From contig VMGD01000005.1 in assembly GCA_007376405.1 (NCBI GenBank), positions 2,372-66,371 of the forward strand: 64,000 nt of DNA, read 5' to 3'. The first letter of the stretch is position 1. Each line of letters opens with the position of its first letter. A program made the translations under genes and the position numbers. The notes under the pieces are model-generated. The model did not search any database. It was not told the origin of the DNA and was given only the letters and a program-made list of their open reading frames with translations. The stretch comes from Microgenomates group bacterium Gr01-1014_7 (GTDB lineage Bacteria > Patescibacteriota > Microgenomatia > Daviesbacterales > UBA10151). Positions 47,703 to 59,100 of the stretch are shown here, piece after piece.

Positions 47703-50360
47703 TTATGGATGTTTGCTGGATCTTATTAGAAGTAAAATCAAACCAACTGCGGTTATCGTAGAAATTAGGAGGCCGGGAAAAACATATTTTTGAGGTTCAA
47801 ATTCAACCGTATACTGCCCATTTTTTTCTATTTTAAATCCATTTAACAGACTATACACTGGTAGGAAAGTTTGACCATTCATTTTCCACAAACCATCATA
47901 ACTTTGGGAAAATACCAAAAATGCAGGTTTTGTTAAACCGCTAATATCAACTATATACTTGGTAGGATTTATTTTGTTATAAGAGACTTTAGGATTATTA
48001 TCGCTTTGGATATTCTTCTCATCAAAATTTACGATCCTTCCCTGCAACTTCTGAGTTTTATCCTGATAACTTACCCATTCAACTTTATCCAAAACCGAAA
48101 GTGCATTAACAACGTTAATATCACCGGAAGATTTAATTTCCAGTTCTCCTCCATCTTTTTGCAACTGTCCAACCTCAAACCACCTAATATTATTTCCAGG
48201 TTTCTTCGTATCAATTTGACCAATCAATTTGCCATCCTGAGAAAAACTTAAATTGCCACTTCTCGTACTTTCCAAAACTCTTGCCAGCAGGACTTTCCCT
48301 TTTGTAAATTGTAAATTGTAAATTGTAAATTCTCTCTCCCCTTCTCCCACTGCCCATCCTCCTCCTAGATCAAAGTCCTGATTATCTATACCGTATTTGA
48401 TTTGTAGAAACTCTCTCCACCTAATCAAATCCGCAGCTTCTCTTTTCCACCAACCGGATTGATCTGGATCCTGTTTTAATTTTTTTGCAGGAAAAATTAA
48501 ATCATTGCTGTCTATAAAACTGGCTGAGAAATCTATAAATGTTTTATTGTTAAGAACAATATTTGCATTTGGTAATTCATCTATTCTTTTCCCAAGTCCG
48601 GAAAACTCTTCAACAAATATTAAAGAATTTTTAGATAAAGCTAATTCACTACTTTTTGTGGCCTCCTTATAGATATCATCTGAACCAATCACCCACCAAA
48701 TATTCTGTGTGATAAAAAATTTGTCCTGATGTTGTTTTACTTTCCATAAAGGAATCAATGAATTTTCAACTTTAGATAGCCAGGATAGTTTAGATAATTG
48801 ATCTGAAAATATAGATTGGTATTTAACATTATCTGGATGTAGATTATCTCTTCTTGGATCAAGATAAGGATAAGCTATATATTCTATTCCAGCCACATCG
48901 AATATTTCACCCATATACTGTGCCTCCCTAAGGAAATTAAATATTTCATATGTACCTAGGGTACCTATTGCAAAAGTTCTTCTTTGAACCAAACGGGCAG
49001 CTTCTATCCTGGGATGCGTCAGGCTCGAATAACCTAAAGAGGGAAAAGACGGAATCCAAAATACTCTACTAAAACTTTTATCTTTTTCTATAAATTGACT
49101 AAGTCCTGCAAACTCTTGTTGAAATAAAGGCTGAGAAAATGTACCAGTCATTTGTCCAAACCAAACTGGCCTTATCAAAAATATAAAATAGCTAGATAGT
49201 ATTATTAAAAAAAATATTTTTAGCTTTGGAAATTTTATTGCCTTCTTAAGAATCTCGTCTGTAGTTATCCCTAATAAAACACTGTACGAAAAGGCTTCTA
49301 GAAAGAAAAATTTTGATGAATCGCGGAATAATGAAAAACCTGGTATGTGCGAAAAAAGCCAAGGATAGATTTGTGGCAAAGGCTCTGAGGCGCCTTTAGT
49401 TAAGAAAATGGAAAATATAGAGACTAATAACCAGAATCCAACAACACGGTCTTTAGGTCGCAGGATGGGTGCAAGAAATACAAGTATAGGAATAAAAACA
49501 AATTCAGGACGAAGAGTTGTGATATTACCAAAGACATTTTTAAACCAGTGGGGGGCAAGTAGCAATATGCTATGACCTAAATCTATAAGGCTTAAAAAAG
49601 AGGCTTGAGTAAAAAAAGCATAAGTACCAGAGGAAATGGGGGCTTTAAATAAAGGTAATAACCAATAAATATTTAATCCTAGCACTACTGTACCGATAAT
49701 TACTCCGCTACTTATCCAGTCCAAAAACAAAGAGACCCTTTTTTTAGGATCCAATAATAATTGGTAAAAAAACAGTACTAAGCTAAGGAGAAATAAAACA
49801 TAAATAAATCTAAAATCAAAAAAACCTAAAATTGAGACTGATAAACCTGCAAAGACTTTTTTATTAAATCCTCCCTTAATAGATTTTTCTACTGCCAGGA
49901 AGGCTATTGGAAACCAGGCATAGGTAAGTGCTATTGATAATTGTCCACCATCAATAACTAAGAGAATATAGGTCGTCGTTAAATAAAATAAAGATGCAAT
50001 AAATTTAGCATCATCAGTTAGCTTAACACTTCCACAAAATTTCCAAATACCTATCCCTCCCAAAAGTAAAAACGGTATAAAAAGAAGCACTCTTTCTATA
50101 ATAGAAAAACCTAAACCAATATTTGCGAGAATACCTGCTATAAATGACAATGGCCAAGACCAAAGAAAGAATGTCGAATACTCCCCCAGTCCCTCAGCCC
50201 CACTCTCTGACCAAACGAAAGGCAAATTCATAGAAGATTTAAGTAAAGATTCTGAAATTATTGGAAAATCATTAGCAACCCTTGCCCCTGGTAAAAACCA
50301 CTGCCAATAAACTGTAACCAGTAAAAGCAGTAGAATTATTACCAGAAATTTATTTTTCAT
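47703..50360 (-). CDS. Large membrane protein, YfhO/AftD-like GT-C N-terminus plus extracytoplasmic domain
   Basis: PGFSLFRDSSKF, RVFWIP, C-terminal LVFSQSYDGLW...NGF and final TM. Confidence 0.72.
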   Translation of the reverse strand: MKNKFLVIILLLLLVTVYWQWFLPGARVANDFPIISESLLKSSMNLPFVWSESGAEGLGEYSTFFLWSWPLSFIAGILANIGLGFSIIERVLLFIPFLLLGGIGIWKFCGSVKLTDDAKFIASLFYLTTTYILLVIDGGQLSIALTYAWFPIAFLAVEKSIKGGFNKKVFAGLSVSILGFFDFRFIYVLFLLSLVLFFYQLLLDPKKRVSLFLDWISSGVIIGTVVLGLNIYWLLPLFKAPISSGTYAFFTQASFLSLIDLGHSILLLAPHWFKNVFGNITTLRPEFVFIPILVFLAPILRPKDRVVGFWLLVSIFSIFLTKGASEPLPQIYPWLFSHIPGFSLFRDSSKFFFLEAFSYSVLLGITTDEILKKAIKFPKLKIFFLIILSSYFIFLIRPVWFGQMTGTFSQPLFQQEFAGLSQFIEKDKSFSRVFWIPSFPSLGYSSLTHPRIEAARLVQRRTFAIGTLGTYEIFNFLREAQYMGEIFDVAGIEYIAYPYLDPRRDNLHPDNVKYQSIFSDQLSKLSWLSKVENSLIPLWKVKQHQDKFFITQNIWWVIGSDDIYKEATKSSELALSKNSLIFVEEFSGLGKRIDELPNANIVLNNKTFIDFSASFIDSNDLIFPAKKLKQDPDQSGWWKREAADLIRWREFLQIKYGIDNQDFDLGGGWAVGEGEREFTIYNLQFTKGKVLLARVLESTRSGNLSFSQDGKLIGQIDTKKPGNNIRWFEVGQLQKDGGELEIKSSGDINVVNALSVLDKVEWVSYQDKTQKLQGRIVNFDEKNIQSDNNPKVSYNKINPTKYIVDISGLTKPAFLVFSQSYDGLWKMNGQTFLPVYSLLNGFKIEKNGQYTVEFEPQKYVFPGLLISTITAVGLILLLIRSSKHP

Positions 50361-50523
50361 TTTTTAGCTCAAATATATAGAGTAACGATCCTCCTACTAT
50401 AATCCAAAATGATAAAACAATAAGTCTTAATGCAAAACCTGAATGGTTTAAAAAAGCAGCTAAGCCGCTTAACAAAATAAAAAACAATCCTACTAAAAAT
50501 GTATGTTTACTCAAAATTCTCAT
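50350..50523 (-). CDS. Small 57-aa two-TM protein (not in the ORF track)
   Basis: MRILSKHTFLVGLFFILLSGLAAFLNHSGFALRLIVLSFWIIVGGSLLYIFELKNEK*; TATAAT 7 nt upstream; overlaps the next start by 11 bp. Confidence 0.7.
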   Translation of the reverse strand: MRILSKHTFLVGLFFILLSGLAAFLNHSGFALRLIVLSFWIIVGGSLLYIFELKNEK

Positions 50524-50562
50524 TTAAAAGATTATATTACATTTTGATATATAATTTAGTGT

Positions 50563-52047
50563 ATGCTAAAGAAAATATTTCCATTCCTCATTATATTTAC
50601 AGTTATCCTTTTTCTATATTACCCAGCTCTATTTACTTATTTTTCTCAGGATGATTTTTTTCACTTTAAAGTAAGTTTAACTGACGGAAGCATCAGGAAA
50701 TTTGTTAATCTATTTGGTTTCTACTCTTTTTCCGACAGAGGAATTGCTTTTTATAGACCAATTTTCAGGGAGGCTCTTTTTAATACTTTTTATTCGCTAT
50801 TTGGATTAAATGCTTACCCTTTTAGAATTTTTCAATTTCTAATTCTATTCTTAAATTCAATTCTTGCTTATCATTTAATTCAGAAAATTTTTAAAAATAA
50901 ATTTCTTTCTTTTTTTGTGGCTTTCTTTTATGCTATTTGTTCTGCCCAAGTTTCCCCTCTTTATTATCTGGCAGGGGGAATACAAGTATTAGGCGCAACT
51001 ACTTTTTTGCTTCTCACTTTAATCTTTATCCTTAAGAATTCAATTCTTTCCTATATTACATTTCTTTTGGCTCTAGGTTCTCATGAACTAGCTTCTATAA
51101 TACCCTTTCTAATTTCAGCATTACTTTTTATTCAATATCCTTTTAAAAAATTCCTAAGAAAAATTTGGATAGCTTGCCCTTTCTTTTTTATCTTACTGGT
51201 TTATTTATATTTAGAAATTACTAAGATAGGTTTTTCTGCAACAGAAAAAGAATACCAGGCAATATTTAGCCTAAAAACTATTCTTAATTCCTATATGTGG
51301 TATGCAGGCTGGGCTCTAGGATTACCCGAAATGTTAATAGATTTTGTGTTACCTGGATTTAAACTTAATCCAACGCTTCTTAGATATTGGGGGAATTATT
51401 ACATGATTATTTTCTCAACTTTTTTGACAATTTTTTTTCTACTAACAGCAGCTATTATCTACTTATCAATCAAAAAAAGAAATTTCTTTACAAAGCAGCT
51501 TTTGTTTTTCATTTCCTGGTTCCTATTAAGCCTACTTCCCATTATCTTACTTCCACTTCATAAATCAACTCAGTACCTGGAAACAGGCCTAGTCGCCTTC
51601 TGGACTATAATAGGACTAATTATTTTAAATGTACACCAGGCATCCAAACTACAGCTCGTCAGGTGGGAACGTAAAGTTGTTAGCATTTTCTTGTTTATTT
51701 TAATATCATCCCTTTTTATCCTATCTGCAACATCAGCAATCTTACAAAGAACTACTTATTGGGCAGCTGAAAGAGGAAGATATGCAGAAAAGCTGATAAA
51801 ACAAGTTACTACCACTTATCCTATTTTGCCAAAAGGATCTGTAATATACATTGAAAATGACCCGAACTATCCATTTGTTGCAACTGAGTGGGGATCCAGT
51901 TCCAAACAAGCAGCTTTTATTTTAAATAATGCGGATGCATTAAGACTTGTTTATAAAGATTCGACAATAACAGTTTATTACGAAGATCTGGAAAAACCTG
52001 ACCTTTCGGAAAACAACATTTATTTTGTGGTGGCTAGAATCTATTAA
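50563..52047 (+). CDS. GT-C-like membrane protein
   Basis: YFSQDDF, FYRPI, SHE motifs; only plus-strand gene inside the locus. Confidence 0.78.
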   Translation: MLKKIFPFLIIFTVILFLYYPALFTYFSQDDFFHFKVSLTDGSIRKFVNLFGFYSFSDRGIAFYRPIFREALFNTFYSLFGLNAYPFRIFQFLILFLNSILAYHLIQKIFKNKFLSFFVAFFYAICSAQVSPLYYLAGGIQVLGATTFLLLTLIFILKNSILSYITFLLALGSHELASIIPFLISALLFIQYPFKKFLRKIWIACPFFFILLVYLYLEITKIGFSATEKEYQAIFSLKTILNSYMWYAGWALGLPEMLIDFVLPGFKLNPTLLRYWGNYYMIIFSTFLTIFFLLTAAIIYLSIKKRNFFTKQLLFFISWFLLSLLPIILLPLHKSTQYLETGLVAFWTIIGLIILNVHQASKLQLVRWERKVVSIFLFILISSLFILSATSAILQRTTYWAAERGRYAEKLIKQVTTTYPILPKGSVIYIENDPNYPFVATEWGSSSKQAAFILNNADALRLVYKDSTITVYYEDLEKPDLSENNIYFVVARIY

Positions 52048-52385
52048 AATTTTTCTACAAAACCTTCTTTAATAATCTGTGGAATATATGAGGATATAAC
52101 AATCAGTAATAAAGCAAATCCAAAGCTTCCAATGATATTTGCCAGATTTAATTCATTGAGTAAATATAGAAATATCATAAGGAAAAGTATAGATAAAGAC
52201 AGAGATAAAAATAATTTTCTTAGTTTGGAAACGAAAAAAATAATTAAAGTTACAAGCGTTAATACTATTGGATAGATAAATTGATCAGGTCTATTCCATT
52301 CAAAACCATATTCTAAAAAATTAAAAAAACTCATTAAGATAAGCGGTAGTATTAAAAATTTAATCAATAATCTCATGACTTTCAT
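52044..52385 (-). CDS. Small multi-TM hypothetical protein
   Basis: 113 aa, hydrophobic; similar to 55782-56105 (AN..GS.GF..L.I.S..Y.P...K.G). Confidence 0.75.
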   Translation of the reverse strand: MKVMRLLIKFLILPLILMSFFNFLEYGFEWNRPDQFIYPIVLTLVTLIIFFVSKLRKLFLSLSLSILFLMIFLYLLNELNLANIIGSFGFALLLIVISSYIPQIIKEGFVEKF

Positions 52386-55300
52386 AAGTTTTTCTTAATT
52401 TTTGATCTTACAATCAATAAAATAACTCCCAACAAACCAGCTAAGCCTAGGTAAATTCCTAAAGTCACTTTCTGTTGAGGTTTAAATTCTATTTTAAAAT
52501 TATACTCTCCCGGTTCTTCAACCCACCAGGCATTACCATAAAGATAACCTATATAATGTTGATACGGCTTAAAAACTTTATTATCTCTTCTCAATTCTAA
52601 TTCCCATCCTGGATCATAGGCTTCTTTAAAGAAGACAAATCCTGGACGTGTCAATCTCAAATTTCCTTCATATTCTACGGCATTTTTTCTTTTAAAATCT
52701 ATCGTTCCAACTATTTTTTTTTCATTATTTAATTCCACGGCTCTTAAGAGAATTTGATTATTAAGTATTCTAATTAATCGTAAATTTTTAATCTCTACCG
52801 ATGTAGTATTAAAATTGGATACCTCGGGGGGGATTAAAGCAATTAATCTAATCTTGGCTTCTCTGGTCGATATTGAAAGAGCCGGTAATTTGATGTTATA
52901 GCTTCCCTGCCAATCAAATTGATTGAGATGTTGCAAGAAACTTATTCTCGGAACCTTTTGACCATTCTGCTCATTATCAGTATCTTGAATTATCTGAATA
53001 TATAGCCCAACATTTGCTGGTATTATCGCATCAAAACTTAACTTAAAGATATCTTCGCCACTTGTTTGAAGTAGCGGACCCCCAATTGCTGAAGGGTTAT
53101 TTTTAGAAACCGACATCTCAATTGTCTCCTTGAGAATATTAATATTTCCAATTTTTGTTAAACTGTTTGGAGAAGAGATTAAATTAGCTGCGGAAGGAGT
53201 ACTCAAACTTATTTCATTTAATCCTTTTTTAAAGCCAATTTCCCCAAAAGTTAAAATATTCCCAACCTCTTTACCTGATAAGGTAACGGCTTCATTGTTA
53301 ATCTGCAAATTAAGTTTACTTAACTTGTCCAAATAAGCATCTTTTATCTTAGAATTTGTTAAAATTAATTCATACCTACCATCAGAATTTATTGAGAAAT
53401 TATAAAGTTGTCTTTCGCCTGCTTCACTAACATTACCCTTATACACGAAGAGAGGAAACGTTTTTTCTTTAATTAGGAACTCTCTTATTCTATTTAAAGT
53501 ATCGGGTCCCTTTCCTATAACCGATAAAGTAATCTCATGAAGTTTTAATATATCTCCTATGGTGGTCTTAGCTACATCAAAGTATAATGTTGAATTATCA
53601 TCCAATTCTGGAAAAATTTTATCTATCAAATTTGAGTATTCATCAATTGAGGCTTCTCTGATAGTCCCCTCTATTAACTTTTGACTGGCTAAAATGATAT
53701 TTTGCACTGTTGCTTCGGTTTTTGTATGCATTGTTCCCAGTTGTTTGACGTATTGTGCTGCTCCTAATAAAATATTCAATTGAGTAGTGAGCTGCTTTGT
53801 TGTATTTTCTAAACTGCTTGATGAAGCTTGCGGATAGGAAAAAGCATTTTCAGGAAAAATTAGAGTTTCAGAAGCTTTAGATTTTAAAGTTTCATCCACT
53901 CTATCATTAACTGGTGAAAGAAAATTAGCATCTTTCTCACTTGCTAGCCATGGCCAAAGTTGCATACTACTTTTTTGAGGATAGACCAAAGAAATATTAT
54001 TTGGAATCTCGATTTTAGATCCAAAAAATTCCTCAGCTACTTTATACACCACTAAATTACCAAATTCAGCTTCTTTTTTTATAAAACTCAAATTGTTCAG
54101 GACTTTTTCAGCCTCAAACGGATTATATGTATCACCCCCCAACCAATCCATATCTTTATGAAGAATTATAAACCTAACATTAAAATCCTGGAGTAATTTT
54201 AGGATTTTACTGGTGTCTTCATAATATGGTTTATGAAAAATTAGTGATAAAGCTGTTAAAGGATCATCTATCCTCTTAAGATTAACTCCGTGAGAAATTG
54301 AAGGTAAGGCGGTAAAGAGGGAAGCAGATGACTCAATACCATGATAACCATTTTTCCATCTATATGTTGCTACATCACTTCTTGTTAGTGGTAAATGAAG
54401 AATCTTACCATCAGTTATAGAGTCTTGATTGACTTTTTGGTTTAACCATAAATTTGCATCTAAATAAGTTTGGGGGATCTCAACATAATTTGGTTTCCCT
54501 ACAATTCCAAAAATTGTCCCCTTGTACATGGGCCAATAATAGACTCCCATAACTGTAATTAGCATCAATAAAACCATCTTTTTGCCTAAATTACCTAAAT
54601 ATTTACCGAACCAGCTAAAAAGTCCTTCTATTCCCAAGACAAATAATATGCTACTTACAAGGGGTAAAAGAATACCTAATTTTTCAAATGGATTTCGGAG
54701 TAACCCCAAGGCAAAAAATTTACTAAAAAGCAATAAAAAAGGCTGACCAAAAGGGGTTGACGTACCTTTTGCTAACATAATTATGACCAAATAAATCAAT
54801 ACCAGCGAAGCAAGATACTTTCTTTTAAGTGCACAAATTATGCCATAAAATATTATGCTTACCCCTAACCAAGGAATCAGGCGGAAGAAAAAACTCTTAT
54901 ATATTTCTCCTAGTTCTGCTTGATCAAAGACATAATAAGAATTAACCATCTGCAGGCTATAAGGGAGGATTGCCTGTTTGCTGATAGCTACCAGTGTAAA
55001 TATACTCCCCCTGATATCGTGTTGCTGTGAAGCTACACCTGAGCCAATTGTAGCAACTGGCATTAGCCACCAGCTATTAACTAGAATCCAAATAACTAAC
55101 CCAAATAAAGATCTCCAAAGTACTTTTAAAGAGCGGGATTTATTTTCCCAGGGTAGGAATATTTCAGAAACGGTAAAAAGAGACATTATTAACCAAAATG
55201 GAAATACAAAAGCAATTGTTCCAAACATATAGCTTGCTAAAAGGTTTACAAGTAGAAAATATAGCAAGTATAAGTAATTACCACTTTTTATCCAAAGCCT

Positions 55301-55795
55301 CCAAAAAAGAATTAAAAATGGTAAAGCTGCTACAAAAAACATTGATGTATGAGTGAAACGGTGCCAGATTTGAGTCATCATATATGGGTTAAACATATAA
55401 AATAATCCTGCTAAAGTGGCGTATATTTTTTTATCTCTACCTATAATTGAAAGGGTTAACAAATACATTCCAAATCCCATAAAGAAAAGTAGGGTACAGA
55501 ATAAAATCGCTTGAATACCTAGAGGCCCTAGACCAAGGAGTTGAAAGAAGGAAAGGAAGAAGTATAAGGTAATTGATGTAATTGCCTGAGGAATTAGGAA
55601 TCCGGGTGCTACAGCTTCCCACCAGATATATCTGGCTATTTGAAATATCCTGATGGGGTTATATGTTGGTAAGCCTACATCTCCCCCACCATAGAGGTGG
55701 CCATCTTTAAACCATGCAAATATTAATAATAAAGATAAGATCAGAAAAAATAAGGCTGGAAGATAGTATTTATTAACCTTTTTATATATAACCAT
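52382..55795 (-). CDS. Large membrane protein, YfhO/AftD-like (1137 aa)
   Basis: YGGGDVGLPT, YMFNPY, WHRFTHT, LRNPFEK, ILHLPL, FNVRFIILH, YGNAW. Confidence 0.75.
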   Translation of the reverse strand: MVIYKKVNKYYLPALFFLILSLLLIFAWFKDGHLYGGGDVGLPTYNPIRIFQIARYIWWEAVAPGFLIPQAITSITLYFFLSFFQLLGLGPLGIQAILFCTLLFFMGFGMYLLTLSIIGRDKKIYATLAGLFYMFNPYMMTQIWHRFTHTSMFFVAALPFLILFWRLWIKSGNYLYLLYFLLVNLLASYMFGTIAFVFPFWLIMSLFTVSEIFLPWENKSRSLKVLWRSLFGLVIWILVNSWWLMPVATIGSGVASQQHDIRGSIFTLVAISKQAILPYSLQMVNSYYVFDQAELGEIYKSFFFRLIPWLGVSIIFYGIICALKRKYLASLVLIYLVIIMLAKGTSTPFGQPFLLLFSKFFALGLLRNPFEKLGILLPLVSSILFVLGIEGLFSWFGKYLGNLGKKMVLLMLITVMGVYYWPMYKGTIFGIVGKPNYVEIPQTYLDANLWLNQKVNQDSITDGKILHLPLTRSDVATYRWKNGYHGIESSASLFTALPSISHGVNLKRIDDPLTALSLIFHKPYYEDTSKILKLLQDFNVRFIILHKDMDWLGGDTYNPFEAEKVLNNLSFIKKEAEFGNLVVYKVAEEFFGSKIEIPNNISLVYPQKSSMQLWPWLASEKDANFLSPVNDRVDETLKSKASETLIFPENAFSYPQASSSSLENTTKQLTTQLNILLGAAQYVKQLGTMHTKTEATVQNIILASQKLIEGTIREASIDEYSNLIDKIFPELDDNSTLYFDVAKTTIGDILKLHEITLSVIGKGPDTLNRIREFLIKEKTFPLFVYKGNVSEAGERQLYNFSINSDGRYELILTNSKIKDAYLDKLSKLNLQINNEAVTLSGKEVGNILTFGEIGFKKGLNEISLSTPSAANLISSPNSLTKIGNINILKETIEMSVSKNNPSAIGGPLLQTSGEDIFKLSFDAIIPANVGLYIQIIQDTDNEQNGQKVPRISFLQHLNQFDWQGSYNIKLPALSISTREAKIRLIALIPPEVSNFNTTSVEIKNLRLIRILNNQILLRAVELNNEKKIVGTIDFKRKNAVEYEGNLRLTRPGFVFFKEAYDPGWELELRRDNKVFKPYQHYIGYLYGNAWWVEEPGEYNFKIEFKPQQKVTLGIYLGLAGLLGVILLIVRSKIKKNL

Positions 55796-56105
55796 ATTTT
55801 AAAAGTTTTGGCAGATAAAATAAACTTGAGATGATTAATATGCCAAATCCCAAACTACCAAAAAAATTTGCAATATCAATAAAGTCTAAAATGAAAAAAA
55901 CAACCATAATAAAAAATAATATCATTGACAAGACAACGAAAGCTTTTTTTAACCATGGTTGGGATATTAAAAGCAGTGTCATCAATGTAAAAAATAAAGT
56001 TTGAAATAGAGAAACCCACGAATCAAATTTAAAACCGGAGTTTATTATCAAGAAAAATCCAAAGACAAACAAATATAAAGTTATTTTCTTAATTGCTTTT
56101 TTCAT
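55782..56105 (-). CDS. Small multi-TM hypothetical protein
   Basis: 107 aa, hydrophobic; paralog of 52044-52385. Confidence 0.75.
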   Translation of the reverse strand: MKKAIKKITLYLFVFGFFLIINSGFKFDSWVSLFQTLFFTLMTLLLISQPWLKKAFVVLSMILFFIMVVFFILDFIDIANFFGSLGFGILIISSLFYLPKLLKYGYI

Positions 56106-59100
56106 GGCTCCATTTTAAATATTTGCCAACTAAATGAACTATTGTAAAAATTAATAAACTGAATACGCTAATGTATATACCTAAATATAAATACTTATCC
56201 CCTGAAAATCTAATTCTAAATTTATAGTTTCCTTTTTTATCTATAAACCATCCATTACCATACATATTAGCAAAGAAGTGTTTTGGTACCATATACTCTT
56301 TTTCACCGTCAAACAAGGTTAACTTCCAGTTATCGTTAAACGTTTCGCTGAAAATCATGTAGCTTGGCTTATCCAAAACTATATTCCCTTCATATTCCAA
56401 TGGAGCCTTTTTAGTGTAATTCAAACTTACAATTTGAGATGTCTGATTTGCAGAAATGCTCCTAAGGAATAACAGGTTATCTAAAATTCTAAATACCCGA
56501 ATATTACGGATAGATATGCTCGAAGTCTTTTGAAAATTAAATTTCACTTCCTGTTTATCACATAGCCATTTCTCTGCTATGATAGATTTACAATCATCCC
56601 AAGGGATTGATACAACTTGGAATGAAAAATTGGCGGAATTTTTTCTGGGAGATATATAAAGGTTATAAGTTTTCCAATATTTATTGTAAGGATCGAACTC
56701 TACTGGTTTTATAAATTGATAAGATCTCTGCTTAATTAATGCATCAGCCACTAAATAATCATCTGGATCACTATCTTGCAGTATCCTTACAATTGGGTCA
56801 CTTCCTTTCTGTGTCCAATATTCAAAAGATAGTAAGTAGGTGCTGTTGGGATGGAAAGGCTCTACCTTTATCTCGTACGAATTTGGATTGTGTTGTCCAG
56901 AGACTATCCGTATCTCTCCTTGCTTATCTTTGATTAAATTTACAGAATTTTGCATATTAAAACTAATCTCATGCAGACCTTCATTTAAAGGTATTGTCCC
57001 ATAAGATATTAGATCATCCTTTATTTGACCAGTTCTTGACTGAACTGTTTTGTCTACTTGTAAATCTAATTGACTTAAATTTTTTTGATAAATTGGAGAT
57101 ACCTTTGAATCTGCCATCAATATCTCATATTCTCCGTCGACTGGTATAAAAAACCTATGTACTTGCCTATTGTATCTGGCCAGTTCTCTTTCACTTATCA
57201 ATTCGTAAATTGGTTGCATTTTCATATCGATCATTCTCATTCTTAAAGTTTCTATTGCTTGACTTAATACCGCTTTATCTTGATCTTTTGCTCTTTGATA
57301 AATTTGTCTCAAAACTACTTCATGACGGGAAAATAATATTTTAAATTCAGTAGGTGCTTCAACACTAATTAATCCATCTTTAAAGATTTTATCGACCGCT
57401 TTATTTAGATGTTGTATATATCTTTGAATTATTGGAGATACTGATTTATTTGGATCTTTATCCTGCATCCTATATATCTCTACTAACCTCTTTCCTGCAA
57501 ATGTGAGATGAATATTTTCTTTTGTTTTTTGATACCCACTAGCCTGAATAAACTCCTTTAAAATTATCATTGGATATAGTGGTAAATCAGGCAAAAATCT
57601 AGCTGGTGGTAACTCCTTTAAGGAATTCTCTTCTGATGCTAATTGTGTTGAAGAGATTTTCACAATAGTGGTGGGGATCAAAATTGTTTGTTTATAACCA
57701 GATAAATTTGTAAGCTCGTTACTATCTGATTTATCAGACAGTAGTATTCTAGTTGGATCGCTTCTTAAAAACCAGAACCAAGTGTCATAATTTGAACCAA
57801 GTTTTAGATAATTAAAGTAAGAAGCGGTGTAGATTTTACTTAAAAAGCTTTTTTCATCCATTTCATATACAGTTACTTCCTCAATCTCTTTTTGTTTTTT
57901 TAAAAAAGGCAGCGAGTCTAAAATTTTCCCTATTTCTTCAGGCGATTGAACCCCTGAAGCTTGCCAGTTAATATCGTAATGAAGAACGATAAATCGGACA
58001 TTAAAAGCTCTGAATAGTTCCTTCAAATATTCAGCATATTTTATCTGATCAAAGCTAGTCATCAGATCAAACCCCTGCAATGCATCGTCCAAATAAGATA
58101 AATTAAAACCCATGGATATTGAAGGATTTGATGTAAAAAAACCAGCATTTGACTCTGCTCCAGAATAACCATATTGCCACCTATAGGTAGAGGCATCAGT
58201 AATAGCTAAAGGTAAATGTAAAATATTACCGTCTTTTTTTTGATTCTTAATCCAAAGATTCGCTTGCTGGTAATAGGGAGGAATCTCTACAAAATTCCTT
58301 TTCTCCAAGGTCCCAAACAGTGTCCCTGTCCAAAAAGGCCAATGATAAACTCCAAAAAATAATCCAAAACTTAAAATTAAAACTGCCTTGCCTGCTAAAT
58401 TATTCCTCTTCCAAAAATAAGTAGCAAGATTAAAAAAGCCGACTGAAAAAAGTACACTACCTGCAAAAGGAATTAATAATCCGAATTTTTCAAATGGATT
58501 TCTTAATACTCCCAAAAAAAAGAATTTTTCAAACATATAAGGATAAAAATAGCCTAACGGAGGGGCAACTCCTTTTGCTAAAAAGACTGCTAAAATAAAA
58601 AGTATGCTCCAAAAAATCAATTCTCTACTCTTTTTCGTATAATAAATACCGATTATGGTAAACGAAACCCCTATCCAGGGAATAAATAAAAAAAGCGGAT
58701 GCTTAAAAACTTCCCCTAATTCTTGTCTTTGGAATAAATAAAAGGAATTTAACCCGGGAAGTGAATATGGGATAATACTTTGCTCACCAATTGCAAACAA
58801 GGTCGAAAGAGTATCACCTACTGCATGTTGAGCAGAAGCCAAAGTAGGCAAAATAAAAAACGCTGGAAGAATCCACCAGGTATTGGTTAATACCCAAAGT
58901 ATCAACCCTAAACTGAAGGATGCCGAAATTTGAGAAGCTTTTTTCCATCCAATCCATGGAATGAATATTTCAAAGAGGGTGTACATACCAAGAAGAAACC
59001 ATAAGGTAATAGCGTAAGCCAATGTGCCGAACATATAGGAAAAAATTAAATTGACTGCTATAAATATGATTAAACTTGTAAATTCTTTCTCTCTCATCCA

